A stretch of DNA of 64,000 nt, from contig JBMOPU010000033.1 in assembly GCA_049322955.1 (NCBI GenBank), forward strand, positions 64,784-128,783. The letters run 5' to 3'. Shown one piece after another: positions 39,974 through 49,463 of this stretch. The notes under the pieces were generated by a model that had not been told where the DNA came from, did no database searches, and saw only the letters and a program-made list of their open reading frames with translations. The stretch comes from Patescibacteria group bacterium. Lineage in GTDB: Bacteria > Patescibacteriota > Microgenomatia > UBA10105 > UBA927. Both the position numbers and the translations under genes were made by a program. Position 1 is the first letter of the stretch. Each line of letters starts with the position of its first letter.

Positions 39974-41788
39974 ATGAAGTCACTACTGCGGTTGGTTATT
40001 TTACTTTTTTTGTGTGGTATAGCGCTTGTGAGCGTTCGGACGGTGCATGCCAGGCCTCAGGGAGCTGGCGGTTCTTCAAACGGCATTTCGGTGGGGAACG
40101 GTTCAGTACGCATCCGCTATGAGATAAATACCACGACGGGGAGCACGACGGAACAATCAAAGACGACGACCGCCACGGGTGAATATATACAGTCCTATGA
40201 ATCCCGTGCGCAACTGATGAAAGACGGGTCGGTGTCCTTCACCGAACGGATTTTGTATCATTTCCCCGAACCCCGACACGGTATATTCCGGATGATCCCG
40301 TATATAAAAACAAACGATAACGGCAAACAATATGCGATGGCCATAGATAACTTTTCCGTTACCGATGAAAATAATACTCCCTACCACTTTAGCGTGACTG
40401 ACGACGGGGGAGCCAAAACTTATAAAATCGGGGATCCCGATGAAACGATAGATGGCTTGCACTGGTATGTTCTTACCTATACGGTAAAGGGAGCGCTTAC
40501 GTATTTCCCCGGGCATGATGAACTGTATTGGAATGCGGTAGGGACATCCTGGCAAATTCCGATGCTTCAGGCTTCCGCGATAGTGACACTTCCGGAACCG
40601 ATACCCGATGACGCGGTGCATATGAATTGTTTTGTGGGGGGTGCGGGATCGAAGGAAACCGCATGTACGACCTCGTATAAAAACCGTGACATTACGGTAA
40701 CGTCACAAAGGATCCTCACCGCCGGAGAAGGGCTTACCTATACGGTCGGCATTCCCAAAGGAACGGTTGCCGTATTGGAAGCTACCGAAGTAATTCCGTG
40801 GTACAACACAGTACAGGGGAGAATACTGTTAGCGGTTTTCGGCATTGCGGCATTCTTCTGGTATATCGTTGCCCCGATTGTCGTCGTCATAAAATGGTGG
40901 ACATCGGGACGTGATCCGAAACCCGCAATGGGAGAAGTATCCGCTTGGTTTGCCCCACCCAAGACCCCGAGCCGGAGACTTCTGACGCCCGCGGAAACGG
41001 GGACGCTTGTTGATGAAAAAGCCGATTTACGGGATATTTATGCATCGATAATCGATCTCGCCCGCCGAGGATATATAAAGATTATCGAGACAAAAAAGAA
41101 TGCATTTGATTTTGAGAAAATGAAGGATTGGGTGGCCGATACGGCTTTGCTTCCTTTTGAACGTGAGCTTCTGAGCGGAATATTTTCATCGGGTGATCGG
41201 GTAAGTATCGCGTCGCTTGATGTTGTAAAAACGCTCGAAAAAGTGAAATCCATGTTGTATGAATCGTTGGTGAACGAGAAATTTTTTCCGTCGAATCCCA
41301 ATACACTTCGGGGATGGTATGTAGCATTGGGTGTGTTATCCGTTGTGTTTTTTAATCCCGTGTTGCTCCTGGTTTCCCTTATTTTCGGTCAGGCAATGCC
41401 GAAGAAAACGCTTTTCGGAGCGGAACAGGCGGCGGTAGCCAGAAGTCTCAAAAATTTTCTCACAAGCCAGGATAAGCAACTTGCATTCCAGGCAAAAAAT
41501 CAGCTTATGTTTGAAAAACTTCTTCCTTTTGCCGTGGCGTTCGGGGTGGAAGGAATTTGGGCGGAGCGATTTAAAGAATTGGGACTCAAGAATCCCGATT
41601 GGTATCAGTCATCTACGGGCACGCGATTTAACAGCGTCGTGTTTGCCCGCAGTATCGGCAGTGGCATGAGTGTGTCATTTGCCGCATCCATAACGGCACA
41701 TGCTTCTACCGGACATTCTTCGGGGTTTTCATCGGGCGGAGGATTCTCGGGCGGCGGCGGAGGTGGCGGCGGCGGGGGGAGTTGGTAA
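39974..41788 (+). CDS. DUF2207 family membrane protein
   Basis: RHGIFR, DELYWN, IIDLARRGYI, LPFAVAFG, Gly-rich ...GGGSW C-terminus. Confidence 0.85.
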   Translation: MKSLLRLVILLFLCGIALVSVRTVHARPQGAGGSSNGISVGNGSVRIRYEINTTTGSTTEQSKTTTATGEYIQSYESRAQLMKDGSVSFTERILYHFPEPRHGIFRMIPYIKTNDNGKQYAMAIDNFSVTDENNTPYHFSVTDDGGAKTYKIGDPDETIDGLHWYVLTYTVKGALTYFPGHDELYWNAVGTSWQIPMLQASAIVTLPEPIPDDAVHMNCFVGGAGSKETACTTSYKNRDITVTSQRILTAGEGLTYTVGIPKGTVAVLEATEVIPWYNTVQGRILLAVFGIAAFFWYIVAPIVVVIKWWTSGRDPKPAMGEVSAWFAPPKTPSRRLLTPAETGTLVDEKADLRDIYASIIDLARRGYIKIIETKKNAFDFEKMKDWVADTALLPFERELLSGIFSSGDRVSIASLDVVKTLEKVKSMLYESLVNEKFFPSNPNTLRGWYVALGVLSVVFFNPVLLLVSLIFGQAMPKKTLFGAEQAAVARSLKNFLTSQDKQLAFQAKNQLMFEKLLPFAVAFGVEGIWAERFKELGLKNPDWYQSSTGTRFNSVVFARSIGSGMSVSFAASITAHASTGHSSGFSSGGGFSGGGGGGGGGGSW

Positions 41789-41791
41789 CCG

Positions 41792-42034
41792 TTACAGCGG
41801 CAGTGTGGGCTGATTATCCGGTATCTTTGGGTGTTGTTCTTTTTTTTCTTTTTCTTCGAGTGTCCCCGATACCATGAGCTCCAACAGGTCGTTTCTTAAA
41901 ATTGCATAGATGCCGTGGCCGCCGGCGGAAAGGTGCCTGGCTTTCAGTTTCTTCGTCGCTATCCATCGGCGTATCGTACCCGGTTGTTTGTGGAGAAAAT
42001 GTGCCGCCTCTTCGACCGTGACGATATCTTGCAT
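41792..42034 (-). CDS. Excisionase-like HTH (HTH_17) protein
   Basis: TVEEAAHFL....TIRRWI..KKLKA. Confidence 0.8.
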   Translation of the reverse strand: MQDIVTVEEAAHFLHKQPGTIRRWIATKKLKARHLSAGGHGIYAILRNDLLELMVSGTLEEKEKKEQHPKIPDNQPTLPL

Positions 42035-42043
42035 AATCGGCTC

Positions 42044-42069
42044 GAGTATAGCATACCCGTGCTATACTC
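42044..42069. promoter_or_regulatory. Perfect inverted repeat formed by two back-to-back extended -10 elements
   Basis: GAGTATAGCA-N6-TGCTATACTC; each arm reads TGCTATACT, 10 nt before an ATG. Confidence 0.7.
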
Positions 42070-42078
42070 AGTAGCGAT

Positions 42079-42867
42079 ATGAAATTATCGGTGATTTTGT
42101 TCGCTGGTATGGTCGCAACACTGATTTTTCCCCGTGCTATTCGGGCACAGGAAAATTCGGTGCTTCGTTCGATAAACCTCAAACCGGAAACGATCCAGGC
42201 ACTTACCCGGATAGGGATTCCCATGGGGGCGGAATCGGCAAAATATGACGTGTTTGTATTGGCGGATGCCTCGGAAGAAGGAAGAAGCGGCAAGGTGCTT
42301 GTTGATCAACTGCAGGCACTCATGGCAAAGTACCCCAAGGATATTCGCCTGTGGTATGTGCATTTTCTCTTAGTGTATCGGGAAGCACGCGCCGATGTTT
42401 TGGTTTCGTCAGGATGTCTGGGTGAGCAAAATGCGTTTTGGTCCAATATCAGGGCTTATGTGGCAAACGAGGCAAAACCATATCCGCCGCTCGGGCTCTA
42501 CCCGGGAATAACCGATCCCGAAAAATATGCCGATTGCGTAGCAAACGAGAATAACCCGACCCACAAACGAAGAATTACCACTGATAAGGAATTGGGACAA
42601 CAACTCCTGTCGCAAGTGGATGCCGTGGGTATACCCGCTATGGTCTTTGTCGATGTAAAAAAACCCTCACAGGCAATACTTTTGCAGGGCGCGTATCCCA
42701 CCGAGGAGTTTATCCGCGCATTTGAAGAACTGAAAACCCGTGACGGCGGCAAAGATTTACCGCCCAGTGAAAATAAAAAACCCGAACCCGTTACTCCTTC
42801 CGGAAATATTTTTGAGCGGCTCGCCGCCGCGTTGCGGGCTTTTTGGCAAACATTAACGGCAAAATAA
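42079..42867 (+). CDS. Secreted DsbA/thioredoxin-fold protein lacking CxxC
   Basis: Signal peptide, 'MGAESAK..VFVLAD', 'WYVHF', 'CLGEQNAFW', 'VGIP', 'LQGAYP'. Confidence 0.6.
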   Translation: MKLSVILFAGMVATLIFPRAIRAQENSVLRSINLKPETIQALTRIGIPMGAESAKYDVFVLADASEEGRSGKVLVDQLQALMAKYPKDIRLWYVHFLLVYREARADVLVSSGCLGEQNAFWSNIRAYVANEAKPYPPLGLYPGITDPEKYADCVANENNPTHKRRITTDKELGQQLLSQVDAVGIPAMVFVDVKKPSQAILLQGAYPTEEFIRAFEELKTRDGGKDLPPSENKKPEPVTPSGNIFERLAAALRAFWQTLTAK

Positions 42868-42879
42868 AACGGATCATTC

Positions 42880-43977
42880 ATGAACGGCAATATGAGACGA
42901 TTCATTCCCGCGGTACTGTTGCTTTTCCTTTTCGTGGGCGGCATGGGATGGCAGTTGGGGAAAGCCAAAAGACCTCCTCCCGTCTCTCTTACCGTTTCTA
43001 TTCCGATTGTCGTTACCCCGACGCCGACGGCGCCGTCGTTGGATCCGGTATCTCTTGAAAGCGTTTTCCGTTCTGATCACACGAAAGCGAGAGCACTTCC
43101 GGAAGAAAAAACGGTAACACTTGTTGCAACCGGCGACGTGATACCTGCCCGAAGCGTCAATTATAAAATGGCGACGGGACACGGGTTTTTATGGCCGTGG
43201 GAAAAAACGGCGGACATCCTTCGATCCGCCGATCTTACGGTCATCAATCTCGAAACCCCGCTCCTCAGTTCATGTCCCGTCACGGTCGAGGGGATGCTCT
43301 TTTGCGGTGACGCGAAAGCGGTGGAAGGACTTGTGTATGCGGGCGTTGATGTGGCGACGCTCGGCAATAATCACATCGGTAATCACTTTGAAGCGGGGGT
43401 AGAAGAAACAAAGCAACATCTGCTTGCGGCGGGTATCACCCCCGTTGCAACGGGAATCGCATATAAGGCAGTAAAAGGCATCCGCTTTGCGTTTCTGTCC
43501 TATAACGACATCGGGGCTCCTGAAGCGGGTGTTCCGTGGGCGGATGAGGAACGGATTCAGAGCGATATTGGAGAAGCCAGAAACAATGCCGATGTGGTGA
43601 TTGTTTCTTATCATTGGGGAGTAGAGTACGTCACGCAACCAAACGACCGGCAACGTCGACTTGCTCATTTATCGGTCGATGCGGGGGCAGACGTGGTGCT
43701 CGGGAATCATCCGCACTGGATACAGCCGATCGAAATTTATAAAGAGAAGTTTATTATGTACGCCCACGGTAATTTCGTATTTGACCAGGAGTGGAGTGAG
43801 GAAACGAAACGGGGAGTGGTCGGTCGCTATGTGTTTTACGATAAAAAACTCGTTGATGTCGAATACCTGCCCGTTCGTATTGTCGACTACGGCCAACCGT
43901 ACTTCCTGGAAGGACAGGAAAAACAGACTATCTTGGATTCCCTGCGTACGGCAAGTATGGAGCTTCACTCAAAATAG
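42880..43977 (+). CDS. CapA/PgsA-family metallophosphoesterase
   Basis: TGDV, NLETP, GNNH, HWG.EY, GNHPH, GNFVFDQ. Confidence 0.88.
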   Translation: MNGNMRRFIPAVLLLFLFVGGMGWQLGKAKRPPPVSLTVSIPIVVTPTPTAPSLDPVSLESVFRSDHTKARALPEEKTVTLVATGDVIPARSVNYKMATGHGFLWPWEKTADILRSADLTVINLETPLLSSCPVTVEGMLFCGDAKAVEGLVYAGVDVATLGNNHIGNHFEAGVEETKQHLLAAGITPVATGIAYKAVKGIRFAFLSYNDIGAPEAGVPWADEERIQSDIGEARNNADVVIVSYHWGVEYVTQPNDRQRRLAHLSVDAGADVVLGNHPHWIQPIEIYKEKFIMYAHGNFVFDQEWSEETKRGVVGRYVFYDKKLVDVEYLPVRIVDYGQPYFLEGQEKQTILDSLRTASMELHSK

Positions 43978-44061
43978 CGGACGGGAGAAACGCTCATGTC
44001 GAAAGTATCGCTGAAGGTACGCGGGTATGAGTAAAAAGCGACACGTCGTGCGGACTGTTTT

Positions 44062-44916
44062 CTACAGCAGGGTATTATATTCCAGTATGAGCGCGACATC
44101 CTGATTATTCAGCGGTTGGGTTTCACGCATACGGGTGAGAATTGATCCGAGAATTATCTGCTGACGTTTCAGTTTTTTATAATATGCGTCTGTATAGCGG
44201 GGATTTTTCTTCAGGCGCTGTATAAACCAAATCAGCGGATGCAGGTTGGCATTCACCGCGGCAAACTCGGCTTCATATAATTGTTTTTCCGTATCTTTGT
44301 AGCCGAGATATTCGGCGGTACCTCCGGGGATGGCAAAAAGCTGTACTGCATAATTGACGTAATATTGTTTAAACGGTCCTTCGACGATTGCCGCTCCCGT
44401 GTCGGTGAGCGTGGGATCGAGTAAATTATTGCGGTGTGACGTGCTGTTCATAAATCCTTCGACAAAATTTGATGCCGAGATTCCTCCCATGCCGATATTT
44501 TCGGTGGCATAGATAAACGAATAGTGAAGCTTCGGCAATACGGTACCCAACTCGATGCCTTCGTACGGATCCTGATGGGAAAAATTCTGATGTTTCTTCA
44601 TCACTTCGGCGCGCATTTTTGCCGCACGCATAAGAGTGGCGTTGAGGCGCAATGCGGGGGCGTTTGCTTTGGCTCGAACGATATTAATTTCATTGACGAA
44701 ATCAATAGGATCTATTGCCTGGGCGCCCAACACCGAATCCCCGACGGTCGAAAGGGTCAGCGGACCGCTTAACGCGGTTTGGGAAATCTGATGCGGCACG
44801 GGAAGCGGGGCGAGTACCGTTTGTTTCGGAGCGGTGATAAAGCCGTATGCAAAACAAAGCAAGAGGACGGCAAAAATAGCGCCCGAGCGATACGTTCCGA
44901 TCCGTTTGGCGGTCAT
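44062..44916 (-). CDS. CAP/SCP domain protein
   Basis: IN..R, FSH, ENIG, FMNSTSHRNNLL, VQLFA. Confidence 0.85.
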   Translation of the reverse strand: MTAKRIGTYRSGAIFAVLLLCFAYGFITAPKQTVLAPLPVPHQISQTALSGPLTLSTVGDSVLGAQAIDPIDFVNEINIVRAKANAPALRLNATLMRAAKMRAEVMKKHQNFSHQDPYEGIELGTVLPKLHYSFIYATENIGMGGISASNFVEGFMNSTSHRNNLLDPTLTDTGAAIVEGPFKQYYVNYAVQLFAIPGGTAEYLGYKDTEKQLYEAEFAAVNANLHPLIWFIQRLKKNPRYTDAYYKKLKRQQIILGSILTRMRETQPLNNQDVALILEYNTLL

Positions 44917-44976
44917 AGGAAAAGTATAGCATTGTGACGCGTTCTTCTTACGAATGCATAGGGATACGGTGTGTTG

Positions 44977-45846
44977 TTATATTTTGAATTTTTCAACAAG
45001 GAAGGTCGACGCGACGATAATTGCTCCGCCGATCAGTTCCGTTGGCGTGAGTCGTTCACCAAGAAGCGGATAGGAAAGCAGTGCCACAAATACGGGGGTG
45101 ATCGAAAAAACCATCGTGACAAATGACGCGGTGGCAAACGTATATGCACGGTTTCGCGCCATGGTAAGCGTAAAAGAAAACGCCGCACCGATAAGAATCA
45201 TGAACATATTTACGGGAAGCGCAAGTGTGCCGCTCACGTACCCGAAGAGAAGCAATGAAGCGGCCGACACCAGAGAAATAACGGACCCGCTTAAATCCGG
45301 ATGCATTCGGGAAACGGTGTGCTTGATAAGGATGTTGGCGACAAACGCGGCCGATGCCGCCATGAGAAGTGTGTACATGTCACCGGTGGTGAGTGCGATT
45401 ATTTGGCCTCCCGTCGTGAGTAGGTACGACCCCGTAAGAATGAGCAGGGTGAGGAACCATTTCTTCATCGTGATCGCTTCCTTGAAAAATAGGTATGCAA
45501 AAATAATCGTAAATACCACAATCGTCCGATAAAGAAATGAAAAATTCACCGCTGAAGTGTTGGCAAGGGCGAGTGCTTGCAAATAGTTGATGCCGATAGA
45601 TGATGCGACGCCGATACCGACTAAATAGAGCTTAAATCTCGGCGAGAGTGCCTTGTATGCGGTGACGTGCCGCCGAAACAGGAACAGCCACGGAATAACC
45701 ATGGCTAGTCCGATCCATATGGTGAGATTGAGCGGTTTTTCACCGTGGGATAAAAGATATCGGGAGTTCACGATGGAACATGCCCAGAGGAACGAAGAGG
45801 TAACGGCAAAAATAAGACCTTTACTCACATTGGAAAATAATTTCAT
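44977..45846 (-). CDS. EamA/DMT family transporter
   Basis: 10 TMs; FFKE and LLGERLT motifs. Confidence 0.85.
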   Translation of the reverse strand: MKLFSNVSKGLIFAVTSSFLWACSIVNSRYLLSHGEKPLNLTIWIGLAMVIPWLFLFRRHVTAYKALSPRFKLYLVGIGVASSIGINYLQALALANTSAVNFSFLYRTIVVFTIIFAYLFFKEAITMKKWFLTLLILTGSYLLTTGGQIIALTTGDMYTLLMAASAAFVANILIKHTVSRMHPDLSGSVISLVSAASLLLFGYVSGTLALPVNMFMILIGAAFSFTLTMARNRAYTFATASFVTMVFSITPVFVALLSYPLLGERLTPTELIGGAIIVASTFLVEKFKI

Positions 45847-45899
45847 AACTCCCGTTAGTATACCGTAATTACCGAAAGATACATGGTAAAATATATCAT

Positions 45900-46361
45900 A
45901 TGAAGCAAGCGCCAGCCTTTTCCCTTCCCGACCAGGATGGCGTGGTACGTTCCCTTGCTGACTTTGCCGGTTCCTGGTTAATCTTTTATTTTTATCCCAA
46001 AGACGATACCCCGGGGTGTACCAAAGAGGCGTGTAACTTTCGCGACAACACGATCGAATTTCAAAAACGGGGAGCGGTGATCGTCGGTGTATCAAAAGAC
46101 AGTGTGGCATCGCACAAAAAATTTGCGGAGAAGTATCGTCTATCGTTTCCGCTCCTCAGCGATGAAAAACTCGAGGTGATCAAGGCATATGACACCTGGG
46201 GAGAAAAAAAGTTTATGGGACGCACGTTTGCCGGCGTCCTCCGCAACACGTATCTTATTAATCGGAACGGTGAAATCGTTAAAATATACGAAAAGGTAAA
46301 TCCGCTCGTGCATGCCGATGAAATACTTCGTGATATCGATACGCTGAACGACTCGGCATGA
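45900..46361 (+). CDS. bcp: Peroxiredoxin Bcp/PrxQ
   Basis: YFYPKDDTPGCTKEAC. Confidence 0.93.
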   Translation: MKQAPAFSLPDQDGVVRSLADFAGSWLIFYFYPKDDTPGCTKEACNFRDNTIEFQKRGAVIVGVSKDSVASHKKFAEKYRLSFPLLSDEKLEVIKAYDTWGEKKFMGRTFAGVLRNTYLINRNGEIVKIYEKVNPLVHADEILRDIDTLNDSA

Positions 46362-46660
46362 AACAGAACGAATACCGCTTTACGACGAAACTGTGGGAAT
46401 ATGAAGGCGATAGCCCGTGGTTTTTTGCAACGCTCCCGAGAGATCAGGCGGCAGAAATCAAACACTTATTCGGTACCCCTTGGCGCGGATGGGGATCGGT
46501 AAAGGTGGAAGCAAGCATCGGAAAGACCGTATGGATGACTTCCATTTTCCCAGATAAGGAAAGTGCTTCGTATGTGCTTCCCGTCAAATCAACGGTACGG
46601 AAAGCAGAAGGCATAACCGCAGGGAGTAAAATAACCGTCATGCTCCGTATCCGCAGGTAG
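46358..46660 (+). CDS. DUF1905 family protein
   Basis: RGWGSVKV..IG...W.TSIFP...YVLPVK..VRKAEG. Confidence 0.8.
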   Translation: MKQNEYRFTTKLWEYEGDSPWFFATLPRDQAAEIKHLFGTPWRGWGSVKVEASIGKTVWMTSIFPDKESASYVLPVKSTVRKAEGITAGSKITVMLRIRR

Positions 46661-46661
46661 A

Positions 46662-46877
46662 TTATTTTTTGATATCGATATATTCCTGAAGCTGGACGAT
46701 AAAGTCAGCAACCGCGGGGATAAATTCAAACGTGCTTAATGTTTTGACGACGATCGATAACACCATGGTGGCGCCGATGACTGAGCCCAACCCCCACATG
46801 AGCCCGCCGATAAAGTTTTTAGCAATGATGTTGCCCCACTTGGTTTTTTCGTTTGCCTCGTATCGTTCGCGCTTCAT
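46662..46877 (-). CDS. Small membrane protein, DUF5665-like
   Basis: NFIGGLMWGLGSVIGAT. Confidence 0.7.
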   Translation of the reverse strand: MKRERYEANEKTKWGNIIAKNFIGGLMWGLGSVIGATMVLSIVVKTLSTFEFIPAVADFIVQLQEYIDIKK

Positions 46878-46922
46878 ACACTAAGCATACGTTGTTTTGG
46901 GGCTATCTGCCAGAGGGATGTA

Positions 46923-47183
46923 TCAGACGGCCGTTGCGCGTCTTGCATATGTCTCTTCGGTGACGGTACGGCGCCATAATAAGCCTTTTCCGCGGAGCTC
47001 GACATTTACTTCGTTCTGATCCATCCATTGGCTTTTGGAAAAAGTTCCGAGTCGTTGCGGTCGTATGCCTTCTGCTTCAAACGTCACCGTTGCTCTCCCT
47101 TTGTTCATAGATATATGCACGATACCGATTCGTTCTTTTCCCTGAATACTCATTGCTCCCTGGTACTGTGTTGTCGTTGCCAT
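46923..47183 (-). CDS. Hypothetical protein
   Basis: 86-aa ORF with AAAGGA SD and an upstream TTGCCG-N17-TACTAT promoter. Confidence 0.6.
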   Translation of the reverse strand: MATTTQYQGAMSIQGKERIGIVHISMNKGRATVTFEAEGIRPQRLGTFSKSQWMDQNEVNVELRGKGLLWRRTVTEETYARRATAV

Positions 47184-47251
47184 AGAGGGTATCCTTTCGG
47201 GCAGAAATTTTCCCTATAGTAGCACACTCCGATGTGTCGGCAAGTCCGCGG

Positions 47252-48091
47252 TTATGCATACAGCAATAGCATGCCGACCGTGGCGCAAAGCATACCGATA
47301 ATTTTTTGCACCAGCTTGTCCGTTTCTTTATAAAGCATAATGCCCAAAAGGACGGGAATGAAAAAGGAAATCGTTTTATAGACCGCCATGGTTTGAGAAA
47401 CCTGACTGGTCGAAAGCAGGACGGCAAGAATGGTAAAGCCCGATATACCTAAGGCCGATGAGGAAAGAATTTGTTTGGGATATTTTTTCAGAAACCGCAC
47501 GGATTCCGGAATCGTATCTTTTCGCCACAGGAATGCCGCGCCGACCAACAGATTATTCACAAACACATACGTGTAGGGGGAAAAGTCACGAAGCGCCACT
47601 TTATCCAATACCGCGGTGACGGCTCCCAGGAACGCCGAGATCAGCGAATACCATGCCCCGCGGGTGAACTGCAGTTTCTTCTTTTCATACAGCACGGATG
47701 CACTTCCCAAAAAAAGAAGCAATAAACCGACTAGTCCCACGGCACTCATTTTTTCGCGCAAAAAAACAACACCGATGACGGTGATGAATATGATACTCGT
47801 GCGGTGAATGATGGTAACAAGCGAAAGATCGGCATGCTGGTAGGATTTGAAAAAGAATGTGGCAGACAATGCAAAGAGTCCCGCGGAAAGGAAGGTAATC
47901 ATCCAGGTGACGGGTTCGGTGGGAAGCCGAAACTGATACAGCAGGAGCGGTGAACAGATGAGCGCATTGACGAGCATGGTCGTGGTGGCAATCGTGGTAG
48001 CCCGGTGTTCGGTTGTCGAGCTGTGCTTACGAATAACACTCGCTATTCCCTGCGCAATGCCGCCTAGAGTGATAAGGATAGTCGGAATCAT
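47252..48091 (-). CDS. EamA/DMT family transporter
   Basis: 10 TMs; FLREK, LDKVAL, LYKE motifs. Confidence 0.82.
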   Translation of the reverse strand: MIPTILITLGGIAQGIASVIRKHSSTTEHRATTIATTTMLVNALICSPLLLYQFRLPTEPVTWMITFLSAGLFALSATFFFKSYQHADLSLVTIIHRTSIIFITVIGVVFLREKMSAVGLVGLLLLFLGSASVLYEKKKLQFTRGAWYSLISAFLGAVTAVLDKVALRDFSPYTYVFVNNLLVGAAFLWRKDTIPESVRFLKKYPKQILSSSALGISGFTILAVLLSTSQVSQTMAVYKTISFFIPVLLGIMLYKETDKLVQKIIGMLCATVGMLLLYA

Positions 48092-48342
48092 GGTATGGAA
48101 ATATTGTACTGCACAACTTTCTAAAATTGTTGGAGTGCACTAAATTGCATGTATAAAGATACACATAAAAACATGAATCTTTTGAAGATATCATATGCAT
48201 AAGGAGGCAATTCAATGAGCATTGAACTTTTGGAATTAAGTAGATGCTTGTATAGACGAAGGTTAATCATAAAAGGTAATATATCAAGTGTAAATGAATA
48301 ACATATGACTATGTATCTGCCATTAACTAATTCGTATAACCT

Positions 48343-49461
48343 ATGAGATATGTCAACACCTTGTCAGTGAAAAAAAGTTTTTTGAGATATGGAGAATTAT
48401 TCTGTGGACCGGGCGGTTTATCCCTAGGTGCGAAACTATCATCTGTTGTCGATGTGAATAAAATTATGCATAAGTTTGTCCACGTCTGGGCAAATGACAA
48501 TGATAGAGACTCATGTGAAACTTATAAAAGAAATATCTTAAAGTATGAACCAAATTCTCATATGTACTTTGAAGATGTTCAATCTCTTAATATTGATCAA
48601 CTGCAAAAAATTGACGTTTTTGCATATGGTTTCCCCTGTAATGACTTTTCAGTCGTCGGTGAACGCAAGGGGGTTACTGGAAAGTATGGGCCGTTATATA
48701 CATATGGGTTAAAGGTATTAGATAAATTTAAACCAATTGCCTTTGTGGCCGAAAATGTAGGTGGATTGTCGTCTGCTAATGGAGGGCAAGCGTTTATTAA
48801 AATACTTGATGACTTATCAAAAGCTGGAGATGGATATGAAATAACTGCACATAAATACAAGGCGGAAGAGTACGGGGTACCGCAAACTCGACACAGAATT
48901 ATAATTGTAGGTCTTTCAAAGAAGACTAAGAAAAAATTTTTAGTACCCGAACCAACTCACAGGTCGAAGTATATTGCTGTTAAAAATGTTCTCACAAATA
49001 TTCCAGCTGATGCATATAACAATGAAATTCCTCATGCGTCATCCATAGTAATTGAGAGGCTTCAAAATATTAAGCCAGGTGAGAATGTATGGACGGCAGA
49101 TTTACCCAAACATCTAAAGTTAAATGTTAAGCAGACAAAATTATCTCAGATTTATAAAAGATTGCATCCAGATAAACCGTCATATACCATTACGGGTAGT
49201 GGGGGAGGCGGAACACATGGATATCATTATAAGTTCCCCCGACCATTAACTAATAGAGAACGTGCGAGAATTCAAACCTTCCCAGATGACTTTGAATTTA
49301 TAGGTAAATACGGTAGCGTTAGAAGACAAATTGGAATGGCGGTGCCCCCGATGCTTGCAAAAATAATATTTACATCTTTATTGAACACGCTATATGGAAT
49401 TCCCTATAGAAGTGTCGAACAGAATTTGGATTTAAGTAATTTAAAATCAATTATTGAATAA
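48343..49461 (+). CDS. DNA (cytosine-5) methyltransferase, M.BbvI-like (predicted GCWGC)
   Basis: Motifs ELFCGPGG, FPC, ENV, QTRHR, RERARIQTFPD, QIGMAVPP; target region 'SQIYKRLHPDKPSYTITGSGGGGTHGYH' matches my recollection of M.BbvI. Confidence 0.92.
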   Translation: MRYVNTLSVKKSFLRYGELFCGPGGLSLGAKLSSVVDVNKIMHKFVHVWANDNDRDSCETYKRNILKYEPNSHMYFEDVQSLNIDQLQKIDVFAYGFPCNDFSVVGERKGVTGKYGPLYTYGLKVLDKFKPIAFVAENVGGLSSANGGQAFIKILDDLSKAGDGYEITAHKYKAEEYGVPQTRHRIIIVGLSKKTKKKFLVPEPTHRSKYIAVKNVLTNIPADAYNNEIPHASSIVIERLQNIKPGENVWTADLPKHLKLNVKQTKLSQIYKRLHPDKPSYTITGSGGGGTHGYHYKFPRPLTNRERARIQTFPDDFEFIGKYGSVRRQIGMAVPPMLAKIIFTSLLNTLYGIPYRSVEQNLDLSNLKSIIE

Positions 49462-49463
49462 AT

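Noticed and set aside
41710-41788. GGC repeats
   Set aside because: Normal Gly-rich tail of DUF2207
34311-42034. Prophage, suggested by the baseplate J-like and excisionase-like genes
   Set aside because: No integrase, terminase, capsid or tail genes; host-like composition among housekeeping genes
47205-47245. TAGCACACTC resembling a second CIRCE half-site
   Set aside because: No matching second arm at 9-nt spacing; explained as the minus-strand promoter of the 86-aa gene
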